Assembly: GCA_903885605.1 (NCBI GenBank)
Contig: CAISJD010000072.1
Location: 39 to 64,038, forward strand
DNA length: 64,000 bases
From: an uncultured Chthonomonas sp.
GTDB lineage: Bacteria; Armatimonadota; Chthonomonadetes; Chthonomonadales; CAJBBX01
Reading direction: 5' to 3'
Positions 1-10,693 of this stretch are shown one piece after another; position 1 is the stretch's first letter, and each line of letters starts with the position of its first letter. The notes under the pieces were generated by a model that was not told the origin of the DNA, did no database searches, and saw only the letters and a program-made list of their open reading frames with translations. Position numbers and translations under genes: made by a program.

Positions 1-1
1 G

Positions 2-2908
2 GCGGGATCGCTCACCGCGACCGCCTCCGACGGCTCGACCGTTCCGCTGGACGACCTGCTTCACGGCGCCGGCCGCGACCTGTTCGAGAGCGTCTTCGCC
101 TTCAGCCTCACCGACATCGACGTGGCCGGCGCGCTGAACAAGGGCGACCTGCAGAACCGCATCTTCGCGGCGACGGCGGGCACCGGCGCCGCCGCGGCCC
201 CGGATATCGTGGCGAGGCTGAACAAGGACGCCGAGGGCATCTTCAAGCCCAACGCCTCCAACCCCGAGCTGAACATGCTTCTGGCGGCCTATCGCGAGCT
301 GGTAAGCAAACGGAAGGGCCTGCTGGGAGGATCCGATCGGTACGCTCGGGCCGTCGAGGCCCGGCGCGAGGCCGAGGCGCGCCTCGCCGCCGCCGAGATC
401 GCCCAGCAGGAGGCCGAAGCGTGGCAGGCGGATCTGCGGCGCCTGAGCCAGGCGCACCCGATCTGGCTGGCAGCCGAGACCCTCCGCATCCGCGTCGAGG
501 CCCACGACGGGCCTGACAGCATCCCGCCGGACGCCGAGAGGCGGCTGGACGCCATCGAGGCCGACCAGAGCCGGCGCGCCGAGGCCCTCGCCAAAGACGA
601 GGGCAGGATGCGCGATCTGACCGCGGAGATGGCGGGCATCGCGGTGGATGAGCGGCTCCTGGAGCGCCAGGGCGACGTGGACGACATCGTAGGCCGGAAG
701 GCCGCCTATGATGCCGCGCGGGATGCGTTGCCCACTATCGAGAGCGGGTTGGCGAGCGAGGAGGGCCACCTCGCATCGGCCGTTCATCAACTGGGTCCCG
801 GATGGGATCTGCACCGGCTAACAGGGCACGTGACGACGGTGGAGATCACTCAGGGCGTCGCGGAGTGGGCAGCCAAGCTGACCCGGGCGGAGGCGGACCA
901 CGGCAAGGCGCAATCACTGGCGGACTCGGCTGCCGGTTCCGCCGCCGGGGCGGAGAGCTCGGCCGAGGCGACCCTGGCGGCGTTCGCCGCCGACCACCCG
1001 GGAGCCGCTCCCGACCATGCCGAGATCGAAGCGCGCCAGGCGGATGTGGCGGCCACCCGGCAGGACCTGAACGAGCGGGTCATGCTGGAGTTGCAGCTCA
1101 AGTCCGCCGAAGGCGACGTGCGCCAGGCCGAGTCGAACGCCGCTGATCCAGCCGCGGCGGAGGCGGCGGAGGGGCGCATCGGCCTCTGGGTCGTGCCGTT
1201 GCAGGCCGCGGCGATCATCCTCTGCACGCTCCTCATGGGGGCCACCCTGGCCGCCGCGGCTGTGGCGGCCGCCGCCGTGGTGGCTCTGGGCATCGGTGCG
1301 TACCGGCTCCAGCGCGCCAAGGTGGCCGAGCGCGCTTCGGCGGCGGCCAGGTCCCGGCAGTCCGATGCCGCCGTGCAGGCCGCCCGAGCCGAGGTGGACA
1401 GGATTCAGCGGGAGATCTCCGTGCTTGGCCGCCGTGTGGAGGAGCGCGCCGGGCGGCTCGGCCTCTCGGTCGTTCCGAGCCTGACCGACCTGGACGAGAA
1501 GGCCTCCGCTCTGAACCGGCTCGTGCAGGCGGCGCAGTCGCGCATCCAGGCGCAGGCGGCGCTCCGAGGGCAGGTGGATGCCGCGAAGTCGGCGCGGGCC
1601 GCGGCCGATCAGCTGGCGAACCAGGCCCGGGCCGCCGCCCAGGCGCTGCAGGCGGCGCAGGACGGGTGGCAGGCATGGATCGGCGACCACGGAATCGACC
1701 CCGCACTCTCGCCGGCCGGCGCCGATAGGCTGCTCCAAGGCGTCGCCTCAGCCAAGCAGATCGAGGCGCTGTGCCGCCGCCTGCGCGCCCAGAAGGCGGC
1801 GGAGGAGCGCACAATCAGCCAGGTGATGACCTGTGCGGCCGGGCTCGCGTCGGAACTGGAAGAAGCGGCGCCCACCGCGGCCGCCTGTTCCGGGATGATC
1901 GCGCAGTGGCAGAGCCGTATGCGCGAGGCCGACCTGGCTAGAACGAGGCTCGCCGGCCTGCAGGCGCAACGGCGCGGCCTGGAGAGCGCCATCTCCACGG
2001 CACAGCAGGCGCTGGTCGCTAGCAACGCGGCGCTGGCCGACCTTCTGGCGGAGGCGGAGTGCGGCTCCGCGGCGGAGCTGCGAGACCGGATCGGCCTCTA
2101 CGTCGAGAGGGAGCAGCTGAAGAGGGAGCACCAGCAGCACCGAACGAGGTTGCTGGTGCTCTACGGAACCGCCGAGGCGCTGGAGGCCGACCGGGAGCAA
2201 CTGACCCGGATCGACGCCGAGGGACTGGCCGCCCTGGTCAAGGCGGCGGAGGACGAGGTGGCGCGGCGCAGGACCGACACGGCAGGCATCCAGCAGGATG
2301 TCGGCCGCAACGCCAAGGCGGTGGAGGACCTGGAGACCGCCTCCGACCTGGAGCGGACCGGCCTGCAACTGGCCGACACCCAGAGGCAGATGCAGGAGGC
2401 GGCCGATCGGTGGATCGTCCTGCGGACCTGCGAGTGGCTGATGGTTAAGGCGGTCAAGGTCCACGAGACCACGCGGCAACCCGAGGTGCTGCGGCTGGCA
2501 GGGGAGCATCTGAAGGCCATCACCGCTGGGAGTTACCGGGGCATGTTCACGCCGGCCGGTCAGAAGGACGTGGTCGTGATGCCCGCCACAGGGGAACCCA
2601 AGATCTCCAACCTGTGGAACCGGGGCCTGAAGGAGCAGACCTACCTGGCGCTCCGGCTGGGGTTCATACAGAACTACTGCGCCTCATCGGAGCCGTTGCC
2701 CATCGTCATCGACGACGTACTGGCGAATTCGGACCCTGACCATGGGCGCAGGGCCGCAGAGAGGCTGTGCGAGATGGCCGAGGCGCTGCAGATCATCTAC
2801 CTCACCTGCCACCCGGAGACCGTCGATGGGTTCCGCTCGATTGCGGGGAACGCGGCAACCTACATGGAACTGGGCGACCGGAAGCTGCGAGAGCTTCCGG
2901 CCGCGTGA
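2..2908 (+). CDS. YhaN-like SMC/Rad50-type coiled-coil ATPase (5'-truncated by window edge)
   Basis: Frame is open from base 2 (...DDLLHGAGRDLFESVFAFSLTDI...). Long coiled coil; C-terminal ABC half WNRGLKEQTYLALRL...PLPIVIDDVLANSD...QIIYLTCH typical of YhaN/AAA_27. Confidence 0.85.
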   Translation, partial: AGSLTATASDGSTVPLDDLLHGAGRDLFESVFAFSLTDIDVAGALNKGDLQNRIFAATAGTGAAAAPDIVARLNKDAEGIFKPNASNPELNMLLAAYRELVSKRKGLLGGSDRYARAVEARREAEARLAAAEIAQQEAEAWQADLRRLSQAHPIWLAAETLRIRVEAHDGPDSIPPDAERRLDAIEADQSRRAEALAKDEGRMRDLTAEMAGIAVDERLLERQGDVDDIVGRKAAYDAARDALPTIESGLASEEGHLASAVHQLGPGWDLHRLTGHVTTVEITQGVAEWAAKLTRAEADHGKAQSLADSAAGSAAGAESSAEATLAAFAADHPGAAPDHAEIEARQADVAATRQDLNERVMLELQLKSAEGDVRQAESNAADPAAAEAAEGRIGLWVVPLQAAAIILCTLLMGATLAAAAVAAAAVVALGIGAYRLQRAKVAERASAAARSRQSDAAVQAARAEVDRIQREISVLGRRVEERAGRLGLSVVPSLTDLDEKASALNRLVQAAQSRIQAQAALRGQVDAAKSARAAADQLANQARAAAQALQAAQDGWQAWIGDHGIDPALSPAGADRLLQGVASAKQIEALCRRLRAQKAAEERTISQVMTCAAGLASELEEAAPTAAACSGMIAQWQSRMREADLARTRLAGLQAQRRGLESAISTAQQALVASNAALADLLAEAECGSAAELRDRIGLYVEREQLKREHQQHRTRLLVLYGTAEALEADREQLTRIDAEGLAALVKAAEDEVARRRTDTAGIQQDVGRNAKAVEDLETASDLERTGLQLADTQRQMQEAADRWIVLRTCEWLMVKAVKVHETTRQPEVLRLAGEHLKAITAGSYRGMFTPAGQKDVVVMPATGEPKISNLWNRGLKEQTYLALRLGFIQNYCASSEPLPIVIDDVLANSDPDHGRRAAERLCEMAEALQIIYLTCHPETVDGFRSIAGNAATYMELGDRKLRELPAA

Positions 2909-2935
2909 ACGCTACCGGCTACGGGAGCACTCGCG

Positions 2936-3148
2936 TCAGCGCCGGCCGAAGCCGCCTGTGCGCAACTGCTCCCGCAGCTTCTCGACATCGACCTTCACCT
3001 TGCCGCTGGCCGGCCGGGTGATGGCGGCCCTGCGAGCGCTGACCGCGCCCCATATGATCAGGGCCAGCAGGATTGCCGCCGCCGCCCCGATGGCGGCGGG
3101 CGACTTGATCAGCACTTCCCATGGGGACGGCTTCTTGCTGTGTCCCAC
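2936..3148 (-). CDS. Small single-pass membrane protein downstream of prepilin-like gene
   Basis: 70 aa, hydrophobic AAIGAAAAILLALIIWGAV followed by a basic tail; starts 4 bp after the stop of the DUF1559 gene. Confidence 0.65.
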   Translation of the reverse strand: MGHSKKPSPWEVLIKSPAAIGAAAAILLALIIWGAVSARRAAITRPASGKVKVDVEKLREQLRTGGFGRR

Positions 3149-3152
3149 GGGC

Positions 3153-3986
<834 letters not shown>

Positions 3987-4102
3987 CTTGCGCTTCTCCT
4001 TCAGGTTTGGCCCGCTCCCGGGCGCCGCGGCGTCCGGCCAGGTCTGGGTATGGATATGATGCTGTACGGTGAAACTGCCCAACCGCCTCCAATTGCAGGC
4101 CC

Positions 4103-4131
4103 ATCATACGACGGGTGCGTCCGGTTGTCAA
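4103..4131 (-). promoter_or_regulatory. Sigma70-type promoter for the DUF1559 gene
   Basis: Minus strand TTGACA-N17-TATGAT about 120 bp upstream of the ATG. Confidence 0.7.
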
Positions 4132-4276
4132 TGCACTGCCCGTGCGCCGCGAGGCGCACTCGTTCGAGTGTATGCAGCGAATGACTATCATCTGCGCCGG
4201 TCCAGTGCGCCCGACCCGGCGGCGGGTGCGGGCTGATCCGGCCGGTGCGATGCCGGCGGGGCGGCGGCTCCCGGCC

Positions 4277-4804
4277 CTACTTCTGCAGCTTGCCGTCGCG
4301 TGTGATGCGCTCCCAGAGGCACTGCGCCCGCCGGATGCGCCAGCCCTGCGGCGTCTTAACCCATGTGTCGCGCTCGCGGCCGGTGGCGACCATAGCGTGG
4401 GAGGCGCCCGTGGCGGCGTCGCGGGTGGTGTAGGTCACCTCGTACTTCGCCGTGGATACCGCCGTGCCGTCGGGCCTGAGGGAGAGGTCCAGCGTCTGAC
4501 CCGCGAAGCGCTTCATGGTCTCGACCTCCTTCATCCAGTTCAGGAAGGTCGAAGCGACGCGCACGCGCCCGCGGACCGGCGAGCCGTCGGCCCAGATGCT
4601 GACGCAGTCGGTGGTGAAGAGCGCCTCTACGGCCGCCTTCACCTCGGTTGCGCTTTTGGTCCGGGCGACCGATTCCATGGAACGGCCCCACTTCCGCAGG
4701 GCGGCGTCGGCCTCCTTGCGTACGGCCTGGGGCGACTCCTGCGCCGAGCAGGCGGCGGCCGCGAGGAGCGCTGCGACGCAGGCCAGCCGATGCTTCATGA
4801 ACAT
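4277..4804 (-). CDS. Secreted NTF2-like (DUF4440/SnoaL-like) protein
   Basis: Signal peptide; ALFTTDCVSIWADG...GR and C-terminal RDTWVKTPQGWRI pattern. Confidence 0.7.
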   Translation of the reverse strand: MFMKHRLACVAALLAAAACSAQESPQAVRKEADAALRKWGRSMESVARTKSATEVKAAVEALFTTDCVSIWADGSPVRGRVRVASTFLNWMKEVETMKRFAGQTLDLSLRPDGTAVSTAKYEVTYTTRDAATGASHAMVATGRERDTWVKTPQGWRIRRAQCLWERITRDGKLQK

Positions 4805-4838
4805 GGTGTGTCTCCCTCCGCCGCCCGTCCGGGCAGCC

Positions 4839-6725
4839 CTATCGTTCGATGGCGCCGATGTCGCCCGCCGAGCCGCGGGGGCGCCGTACGCCGAGTTGGT
4901 CCGAGCCCGTCAGCTCCACGGTATGGGTGGTCGTGCTCACGGTCATGGCCAGGCGCTCACCCAGCGGGCCCGTGGCGAACGAGCCCCAGTAGTCGTCATT
5001 CAGCCCCGCCGAGCCGAGCCTCCCGCCGATCTCCGCGTCCACATCGCGCCAGAAGGCGATCCAGGCCGCGTTCTGCGGGTTGCTTGGCCACGTCACCCTC
5101 GGCCCGTACCAGGTGACGCCCGTCTTGTCGCCGAAGCCCGCGCCGAAGCCGTCGCCCAGCGTGGCGGAGTACTGGGTGCGGATGCGGGCGAGGGCGTGGT
5201 TCAGGAAGTCGTCGGTCGGCTCCCCGAAGCCGGTGTAGCCGGCGGAGACCACCGGCACGGTGACCCGGTGCGCGGGAGCCTGGTCGACCGAGGCCGCGCC
5301 GGGCGCGTACCAGAGCAGGGCGGGACGGCCGGCATCGGTCCCCGCCGAGGTCACGGTGGCGCTCAACTGCGCGCCCGCCAGGTCGAGGGCCGCGGCGGCC
5401 GCCACGCCGTCCTGGTCGCCGATCTTGGGGTAGTGCTTGCGGCTGAGCATCATCCAGTCCGGCACGGGCGCCAGAATCTGGCTGAAGTCCAGCGCGCCGA
5501 AGCGGTTGTAGCCCAGGCTCACGAAGTCCAGCAGGGATCCCGTGAACCAGTCGGCCGGCTCGCCGTTCATGCGGTTGCCGACGACGATGGAGTGCTGCAC
5601 CCAGACGGTCTCCACGGTGTGGGCGTTGCCCACGGTGGCGGCCACGCCCCCGCCGCCCATGTTCGGCTTGCCGGAGAAGGTGGCGGGCGTGCCGTTCACC
5701 TCGTTCTCGGCGATGGTGCAGCTGATGGCGGCCAGCGACCCGCCGCCCATGTAGATACCGCCGCCCCGGTAGTAGTACTGGCCGGCCTGCGGCAGGTCGG
5801 GGTTGTCCTCCACCAGGTTGCGGGCGATGGTGCAGTTGGTCAGGTACACGGTAGCCAGGTTCGTCGGCCCGCCGGAGAGCGTGAAGACGCCTCCGCCGTA
5901 GGCGTGCTGGGCCGTGACGCGGTTGCCGGAGACGGTGCAGCGGCTGAGGACGGCGTCGTTGCCCCGGCCCGTGGCGTTCGCGGCGCCGCCCACCGAGTAG
6001 ACGCCCCCGCCCGCGGCGCCGTACCCCGAGGCGGTATTGCCGCTGATGACGCAGTCGGTCATCTCCAGCCCGTCGGCGTAGATGCCCCCGCCATACGCGC
6101 CCCGGTCGCGGCTGGCGCCGGCATCGCCCGCGCACCTATTGTCTGCCACCGTGCAGCGCGTGAGCCGCGCCGTGCCCCAGACGGCCAGGCCGCCGCCCCG
6201 TGCCAGCGTGTAGGGCTGGTCCGCGCTGTTGGTGGTCTCGGCCACGGAGCGCCCGCCGGAGACGGTGACGCCCTGCATCGTCAGATTGCCGTAGACGGCC
6301 AGCACACGGGCGGGGTTCGCGTCGCCTCCCGCCCAGTGGATCGTGACGCCGCGCGCCAGCGTGGAGGCATCCAGCCAGAGGTCCTTGCGGGCGTAGAGGG
6401 CCGAACGGCCGTAGTCGCGCTCCTGGTAGCCGAGGTAGGTCATGCCCGAGTAGGCTTCGCCCAGGAGGACGCTGTGCGCCTCACCCACCTGCGTGAGCTG
6501 GATGACGGCGCCGTCGAGGCCCGGCGCGAAGACGATGGCGTCGCCCGGCTGCGCTTCCGCGATGGCGCTCCGCAGCGTGACCACGCCGGCAGGCGGCGAG
6601 GCCGGGTCCGCGGCGGAGTTCACGATGATGGCCCGCCCCGTATGGCCTCCTCCGCCCCCGCCGCAACCCGCAAGCGCCAGGCAGCAACCGGCCGCGACCA
6701 GTAGACGCAACACCCTCAGTGGCAT
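4839..6725 (-). CDS. Lipoprotein with parallel beta-helix repeats and choice-of-anchor-Q-like C-terminus
   Basis: Lipobox LALAGC; CSLREA-like VNSAAD...TLRSAIAEA; repeated GGGIY / CTISGN units; ends DQLGVRRPRGSAGDIGAIE. True start ATG 6725, not 7091. Confidence 0.8.
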   Translation of the reverse strand: MPLRVLRLLVAAGCCLALAGCGGGGGGHTGRAIIVNSAADPASPPAGVVTLRSAIAEAQPGDAIVFAPGLDGAVIQLTQVGEAHSVLLGEAYSGMTYLGYQERDYGRSALYARKDLWLDASTLARGVTIHWAGGDANPARVLAVYGNLTMQGVTVSGGRSVAETTNSADQPYTLARGGGLAVWGTARLTRCTVADNRCAGDAGASRDRGAYGGGIYADGLEMTDCVISGNTASGYGAAGGGVYSVGGAANATGRGNDAVLSRCTVSGNRVTAQHAYGGGVFTLSGGPTNLATVYLTNCTIARNLVEDNPDLPQAGQYYYRGGGIYMGGGSLAAISCTIAENEVNGTPATFSGKPNMGGGGVAATVGNAHTVETVWVQHSIVVGNRMNGEPADWFTGSLLDFVSLGYNRFGALDFSQILAPVPDWMMLSRKHYPKIGDQDGVAAAAALDLAGAQLSATVTSAGTDAGRPALLWYAPGAASVDQAPAHRVTVPVVSAGYTGFGEPTDDFLNHALARIRTQYSATLGDGFGAGFGDKTGVTWYGPRVTWPSNPQNAAWIAFWRDVDAEIGGRLGSAGLNDDYWGSFATGPLGERLAMTVSTTTHTVELTGSDQLGVRRPRGSAGDIGAIER

Positions 6726-6790
6726 GGGCGACCTCCGGTGGCGGCACCCCGCCGCCAGTCCCATTGTACACGCGGCGGGCCGACGCCCCC

Positions 6791-7792
6791 CTACCCCCTC
6801 ACCGCCCTCTCGGCGTACTCGCGGAAGAGGGCCATGTACGTCCGGTAGTTCTCCAGCGAGACGCCGGGCGGGGTCTGGTGGTCCACCGACGGGATGAAGC
6901 CGCCTCCGCGCATGACGGGCAGCAGCCGCTCGAACTCGGCGCGCATGGCGGCCTCGCCGTGCGGCATGACCATCTTGTCGTAGCCGCCCATCATGAGGAG
7001 GGTCGGGAACTGCCGCCGCAGCGCCGCCACGTCGACGCCGGCCTGCCGCTCCAGCGGGTAGACGCCCTCGATGCCCACATCCAGCAGCCATGGGGCCATG
7101 CGCGTGATGTCGCCGTCGCTATCGACCAGCACGCGGACGCCGTGGCCCGCGATGACCGGGTTCAGCCGCCGGTAGTAGGGCGCGAGGAACGTCTCGAACT
7201 GCCGCTCCGAGAGCATGGGGCCGTGGTTGTACGACATGTCCTCGGCGAAGCCCACCATGTCCGGCTTCAGCACCGGGAAGAGGGCCTCTACCGCCCGCAG
7301 GTTGAACCGGGTGAGGTCCTCATTGATGCGGTGGAGCAGCGCGGGCTGGTCATGGAATGCGTAGAGGTGCGGCTCGATGCCCAGGAGGATGCGCGGAAAC
7401 CAGAAGAAGCCGTCCAGCCAGAGCCGGATGACGATCTCGCCCCGGTCGTGCCGCTCCTTCAGCGAGGCCGCCGAGGCCAGGAGCGCTTCGATGGTGGCGT
7501 CGGCGTAGAGGTGCGGCAGCACGGCCTCGTAGTCGGCCTCGTCGCGGACGATGGCGCCGCCATGGGACGTGGCCCGTGGGCAGTCGGGCCCGATGCCGCC
7601 GGCGCCGATGCAGACCAGCGGATCCAGCCCGAAGTGGCGCAGCGACTCGTCCCAGCCCATGTCGGCCGGAAGCCCCTCGGTCTTCCATCGGCTGAAGGTG
7701 GTATCCCACCAGGCGGCCCACTCCACCATGGGCATCCGGTCGTCCGGCACACGAAACTCCAGCACGCTGCAGAAGCGCTCACGAGGCGTCAT
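6791..7792 (-). CDS. Uroporphyrinogen decarboxylase / MtaA-CmuA methyltransferase-family protein
   Basis: MTPRERF start with CAGGAG RBS; EDMSYNHGPMLS, VDSDG, GGFIPSVDHQTPPGVSLENY motifs. Confidence 0.85.
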   Translation of the reverse strand: MTPRERFCSVLEFRVPDDRMPMVEWAAWWDTTFSRWKTEGLPADMGWDESLRHFGLDPLVCIGAGGIGPDCPRATSHGGAIVRDEADYEAVLPHLYADATIEALLASAASLKERHDRGEIVIRLWLDGFFWFPRILLGIEPHLYAFHDQPALLHRINEDLTRFNLRAVEALFPVLKPDMVGFAEDMSYNHGPMLSERQFETFLAPYYRRLNPVIAGHGVRVLVDSDGDITRMAPWLLDVGIEGVYPLERQAGVDVAALRRQFPTLLMMGGYDKMVMPHGEAAMRAEFERLLPVMRGGGFIPSVDHQTPPGVSLENYRTYMALFREYAERAVRG

Positions 7793-7820
7793 CGGTTTCT
7801 CCTGTGGGGCGGCGGTGATC
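7742..7820. repeat. Direct repeat A1: RBS plus first ~17 codons of the URO-D gene (functional copy)
   Basis: Matches 9683-9758 with 2 substitutions and one 3-bp indel (manual alignment). Confidence 0.95.
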
Positions 7821-7833
7821 AACGCGGACCGGT

Positions 7834-8379
7834 TCAGGCCGAGCCGAGCCTCGCCTGGACCCGGGTCACGAGCCGCTCAAACGATGGACAAGCTTCCAGC
7901 ATCCGGCGGCGCTGGTCGGGCGAGCCGGTCCACGCCATCCTGTTCAGGATGCGGTCGCGGACCGGGTGCGAGTGCAGGCTATCCGGGGCCGGCTCGTTCA
8001 GCGCATCGAAGCAGGCCCGAACCAGCGTCTCCACGTTCGCTTGCAGCAACACGATGTCGATGTCCGCGCCGGCTTGGCGCCGAACCTGCGCAAGAACCTC
8101 CGACTTACAGGCGGCAGGCGGCAGACGGACCAGGTCCCGCACCCGATCGTCGTCGAACACCGCGTAAACGGGGCCACGGTCAAGCGCCCTGTGTCCAGGA
8201 CCACTGAGTTGCGAGAGCAGCTTGCTGTTCCCTTTGGTAGGTATGGCCGCCACCAGACCCTCGATCCTGTTTGGTGAGCGGCCTGTACGGTCAGCGAGGC
8301 ACTGCACGAGCAACGCGTGCGGGCCGAAGTCGCGCACCTGATGCCCACGCTGGTCCTCGTAGAAGACGGAAACAATCAT
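7834..8379 (-). CDS. TOPRIM-like partner of ABC ATPase (DUF4276/DUF4435-like)
   Basis: 181 aa; N-terminal strand VSVFYED, later YAVFDDD (DxD) and LQANVE; ATGA overlap with the ATPase stop. Confidence 0.65.
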   Translation of the reverse strand: MIVSVFYEDQRGHQVRDFGPHALLVQCLADRTGRSPNRIEGLVAAIPTKGNSKLLSQLSGPGHRALDRGPVYAVFDDDRVRDLVRLPPAACKSEVLAQVRRQAGADIDIVLLQANVETLVRACFDALNEPAPDSLHSHPVRDRILNRMAWTGSPDQRRRMLEACPSFERLVTRVQARLGSA

Positions 8380-9629
8380 CCCGCCATGCCTTCAGCTGCC
8401 GGCGCCTGGAGCACGTGCGGCAGGAACCCGTTCTCACGTAGCTCACCGAGCCCACGGTAGTCGGTGAGCCAGTCGGCCAGCGCCACGGGGTCGAGGCGCC
8501 GGAGCCGGGTGGCGCGGGCTTCATCGAGCTCGCAGACGACGACAGATGAGGCAGGATCGGCGAGGGCGTCGAGCAGCCGGTCCGAGTGCGTGCCGATGAG
8601 GGCCGGCGTCGTGTCGCCCAGCTCTTCAAGCATCCAGACCACCCGCGTCAGCATGGCAGGGTGGAGGTGGTTCTCGGGCTCGTCGAAGCAGAGCAAGGAA
8701 CGCTCGCGGGCCGTCTCGCAGGCGGCGATGCAGGCGAGGTACGTGAGCTGCCCCTCGGAGAGGGCCCAGCCCGGCACCGTCTTCTCGCCCAGGCCGGCAA
8801 GGTGGACCTGCATGGTGACGAAGCCTGGCGGACCCTCCTGCGGGAAAAGGATGTCGCGGAGGTCGTGGCCGAGGCCGTGGCTCGCCCGCTCGATCACCCG
8901 TTGCCAGGCGCCGTTCGTCCCGTTGCGGAGCGCGTTGAGCACATTGGGCAGGTTGGAGCCGTCGGCTTCCAGCCGGTTGGAGCGCTCCACGCGCTGGGTA
9001 TGGCGCATGCTCGCGTCACGGCCGGCCGCCCTTGCCCACGAGGGCACCGTGTCGAGGTACGGGTGGACCTCGATGCCGCCCAGGGCCTGGACGAGCCGCT
9101 TCTGGGCGGGTTGCGCCACCAAACCCATGGAGGTTGATGCCAGGGCGGCCGGGTCCAGGGCGCCCTGGGGGAACTGGACCTGGGAGCCCGAGTCCACGTC
9201 GAGGATCGTGGCCTCGGTGCCCTTCCGCGATACCGCGTCCAAGGGCCGGCTTGCCGAGGGATCGGCCCACACTGTCAGGCTTTCGGTTTCAATGTATGAG
9301 GAAGTCGCCGTGAAGCCCAGCGTGACGTTGTACGCCATGGGCGGACCCTCGCCCTCGATGTCGGCGCCGAGGGTGAGGGTCGATGCACCATGGCGGAGCA
9401 GGCCGCCGCGCCCGCCGTGCAGGCGGTCCACGATGTCGGTCGCGAAGGCACCGGGCTGGGCCATCTTCCGAAGGAGCTCCAGAGCCTCCAGCAGGCTGCT
9501 CTTCCCGGAGCCGTTCTCGCCGATGAGAACGGTGAGCCCGCGCAAGTCCAGGGACACGTCGGCGAGGCAGCGCATGCCGGCAACGCGGATACGTCTGATC
9601 GTGGGTCGGTCACCGGCGAACTGTCTCAT
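8376..9629 (-). CDS. ABC-type AAA_21/AbiEii-like ATPase
   Basis: Walker A GENGSGKS, signature LSEGQ, Walker B/D-loop CFDEPENHLHP, H-loop IGTHS. Confidence 0.9.
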   Translation of the reverse strand: MRQFAGDRPTIRRIRVAGMRCLADVSLDLRGLTVLIGENGSGKSSLLEALELLRKMAQPGAFATDIVDRLHGGRGGLLRHGASTLTLGADIEGEGPPMAYNVTLGFTATSSYIETESLTVWADPSASRPLDAVSRKGTEATILDVDSGSQVQFPQGALDPAALASTSMGLVAQPAQKRLVQALGGIEVHPYLDTVPSWARAAGRDASMRHTQRVERSNRLEADGSNLPNVLNALRNGTNGAWQRVIERASHGLGHDLRDILFPQEGPPGFVTMQVHLAGLGEKTVPGWALSEGQLTYLACIAACETARERSLLCFDEPENHLHPAMLTRVVWMLEELGDTTPALIGTHSDRLLDALADPASSVVVCELDEARATRLRRLDPVALADWLTDYRGLGELRENGFLPHVLQAPAAEGMAG

Positions 9630-9682
9630 GCTTGCCCATCCTCGCTACCATGGCGTACGCGAGTATTGTGGCACCTCCGCAG

Positions 9683-9758
9683 GTCCGGCGCACGGAACTC
9701 CAGCACGCTGCAGAAGCGCTCACGAGGCGTCATCGGTTTCTCCTGTGGGGCGGTGATC
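9683..9758. repeat. Direct repeat A2: orphan copy of the URO-D 5' end directly after the thuA-like stop
   Basis: See A1; encodes MTPRERFCSVLEFRAPD on the minus strand. Confidence 0.95.
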
Positions 9759-10520
9759 CTACTTGCGGGCGCACCACTCCACGGCGTTGCGGAAGATGCG
9801 GGCCACTTCCGGCATGGTGTAGTAGGGGTAGGTCTCGTGGACGGGCTGGAAGTAGAAGATGCGCCCCTTGCCCACCGTCCATGTCATGCCCTGCTGGGCG
9901 TTCTGCTTGGAGCCGTTGGGCAGCGTATAGACGCCGTCGAAGACGAGGGCCTCCGGTGTCGGGACCTCGAACGGGTCGCAGTAGCGCTCGGTCTTCGGGA
10001 TCACGAAGTTGCTGACGCCGCGGGCGATGGGGTGCTTCGGGGCCTTGACGATGATCTCCACCGGCGAGCCGTCCTCGAAGTAGCCGCCCGCCCACCCGCA
10101 GTTGGTGCCCAGCACGGCGCGCAGCGGCTTGGCGTAGTGCGCCGAGTGCGTGGGGATGAAGCCCATGCCGTCGACCTTCACGCGCCTCACGATCTTCTCG
10201 ACCAGGGCGTCCTGCACGTCGCCGTGCCGGGCGTGGCCCCACCAGATCAGCACGTCCGTGCTGTTGAGCAGGTCGTCGGGCAGGCCCTGCTCCGGCTCGT
10301 TGATGTTGGCGACCCGGATGTCCCAGCCCTTCAGCGGCTTCAGTCCGTCGGCGATGGCCCCGTTGATATCGTTCGGGTAGACGCCCTTGGGCGCCGTGCC
10401 CTCGGACCAGACCACCACGCGCCGCTTCCTGGCGGCCTCGGCTTCGACCGGCAGCAGCAGCCCGCCGGCCGCGGCGATCCCGCCTCCGATGAGAGCCCTG
10501 CGGCTCAACTCCACGCTCAC
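9759..10520 (-). CDS. ThuA-like (trehalose utilisation, class I GATase-like) protein with Tat signal
   Basis: SRRALIGGG twin-arginine signal; VVVWSE, DVLIWWGHARH, GFIPTHSAH, GRIFYFQPVHETYP. Confidence 0.85.
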   Translation of the reverse strand: MSVELSRRALIGGGIAAAGGLLLPVEAEAARKRRVVVWSEGTAPKGVYPNDINGAIADGLKPLKGWDIRVANINEPEQGLPDDLLNSTDVLIWWGHARHGDVQDALVEKIVRRVKVDGMGFIPTHSAHYAKPLRAVLGTNCGWAGGYFEDGSPVEIIVKAPKHPIARGVSNFVIPKTERYCDPFEVPTPEALVFDGVYTLPNGSKQNAQQGMTWTVGKGRIFYFQPVHETYPYYTMPEVARIFRNAVEWCARK

Positions 10521-10693
10521 GATGCACCTCTTCCCTCGGGCATGGCGCCGGCTTCGGCGGCTCCCCGTTATTGCAGCGATTTCTGGACCGATGTTCGACA
10601 CGCATGCGCCCGGCACCTGCCTACCGGCGGTAACTGACAGGCGGCGGCGGCCGTCACAACTGGTGACTCGACAACGGGTCAGGAGGTTGCCCC

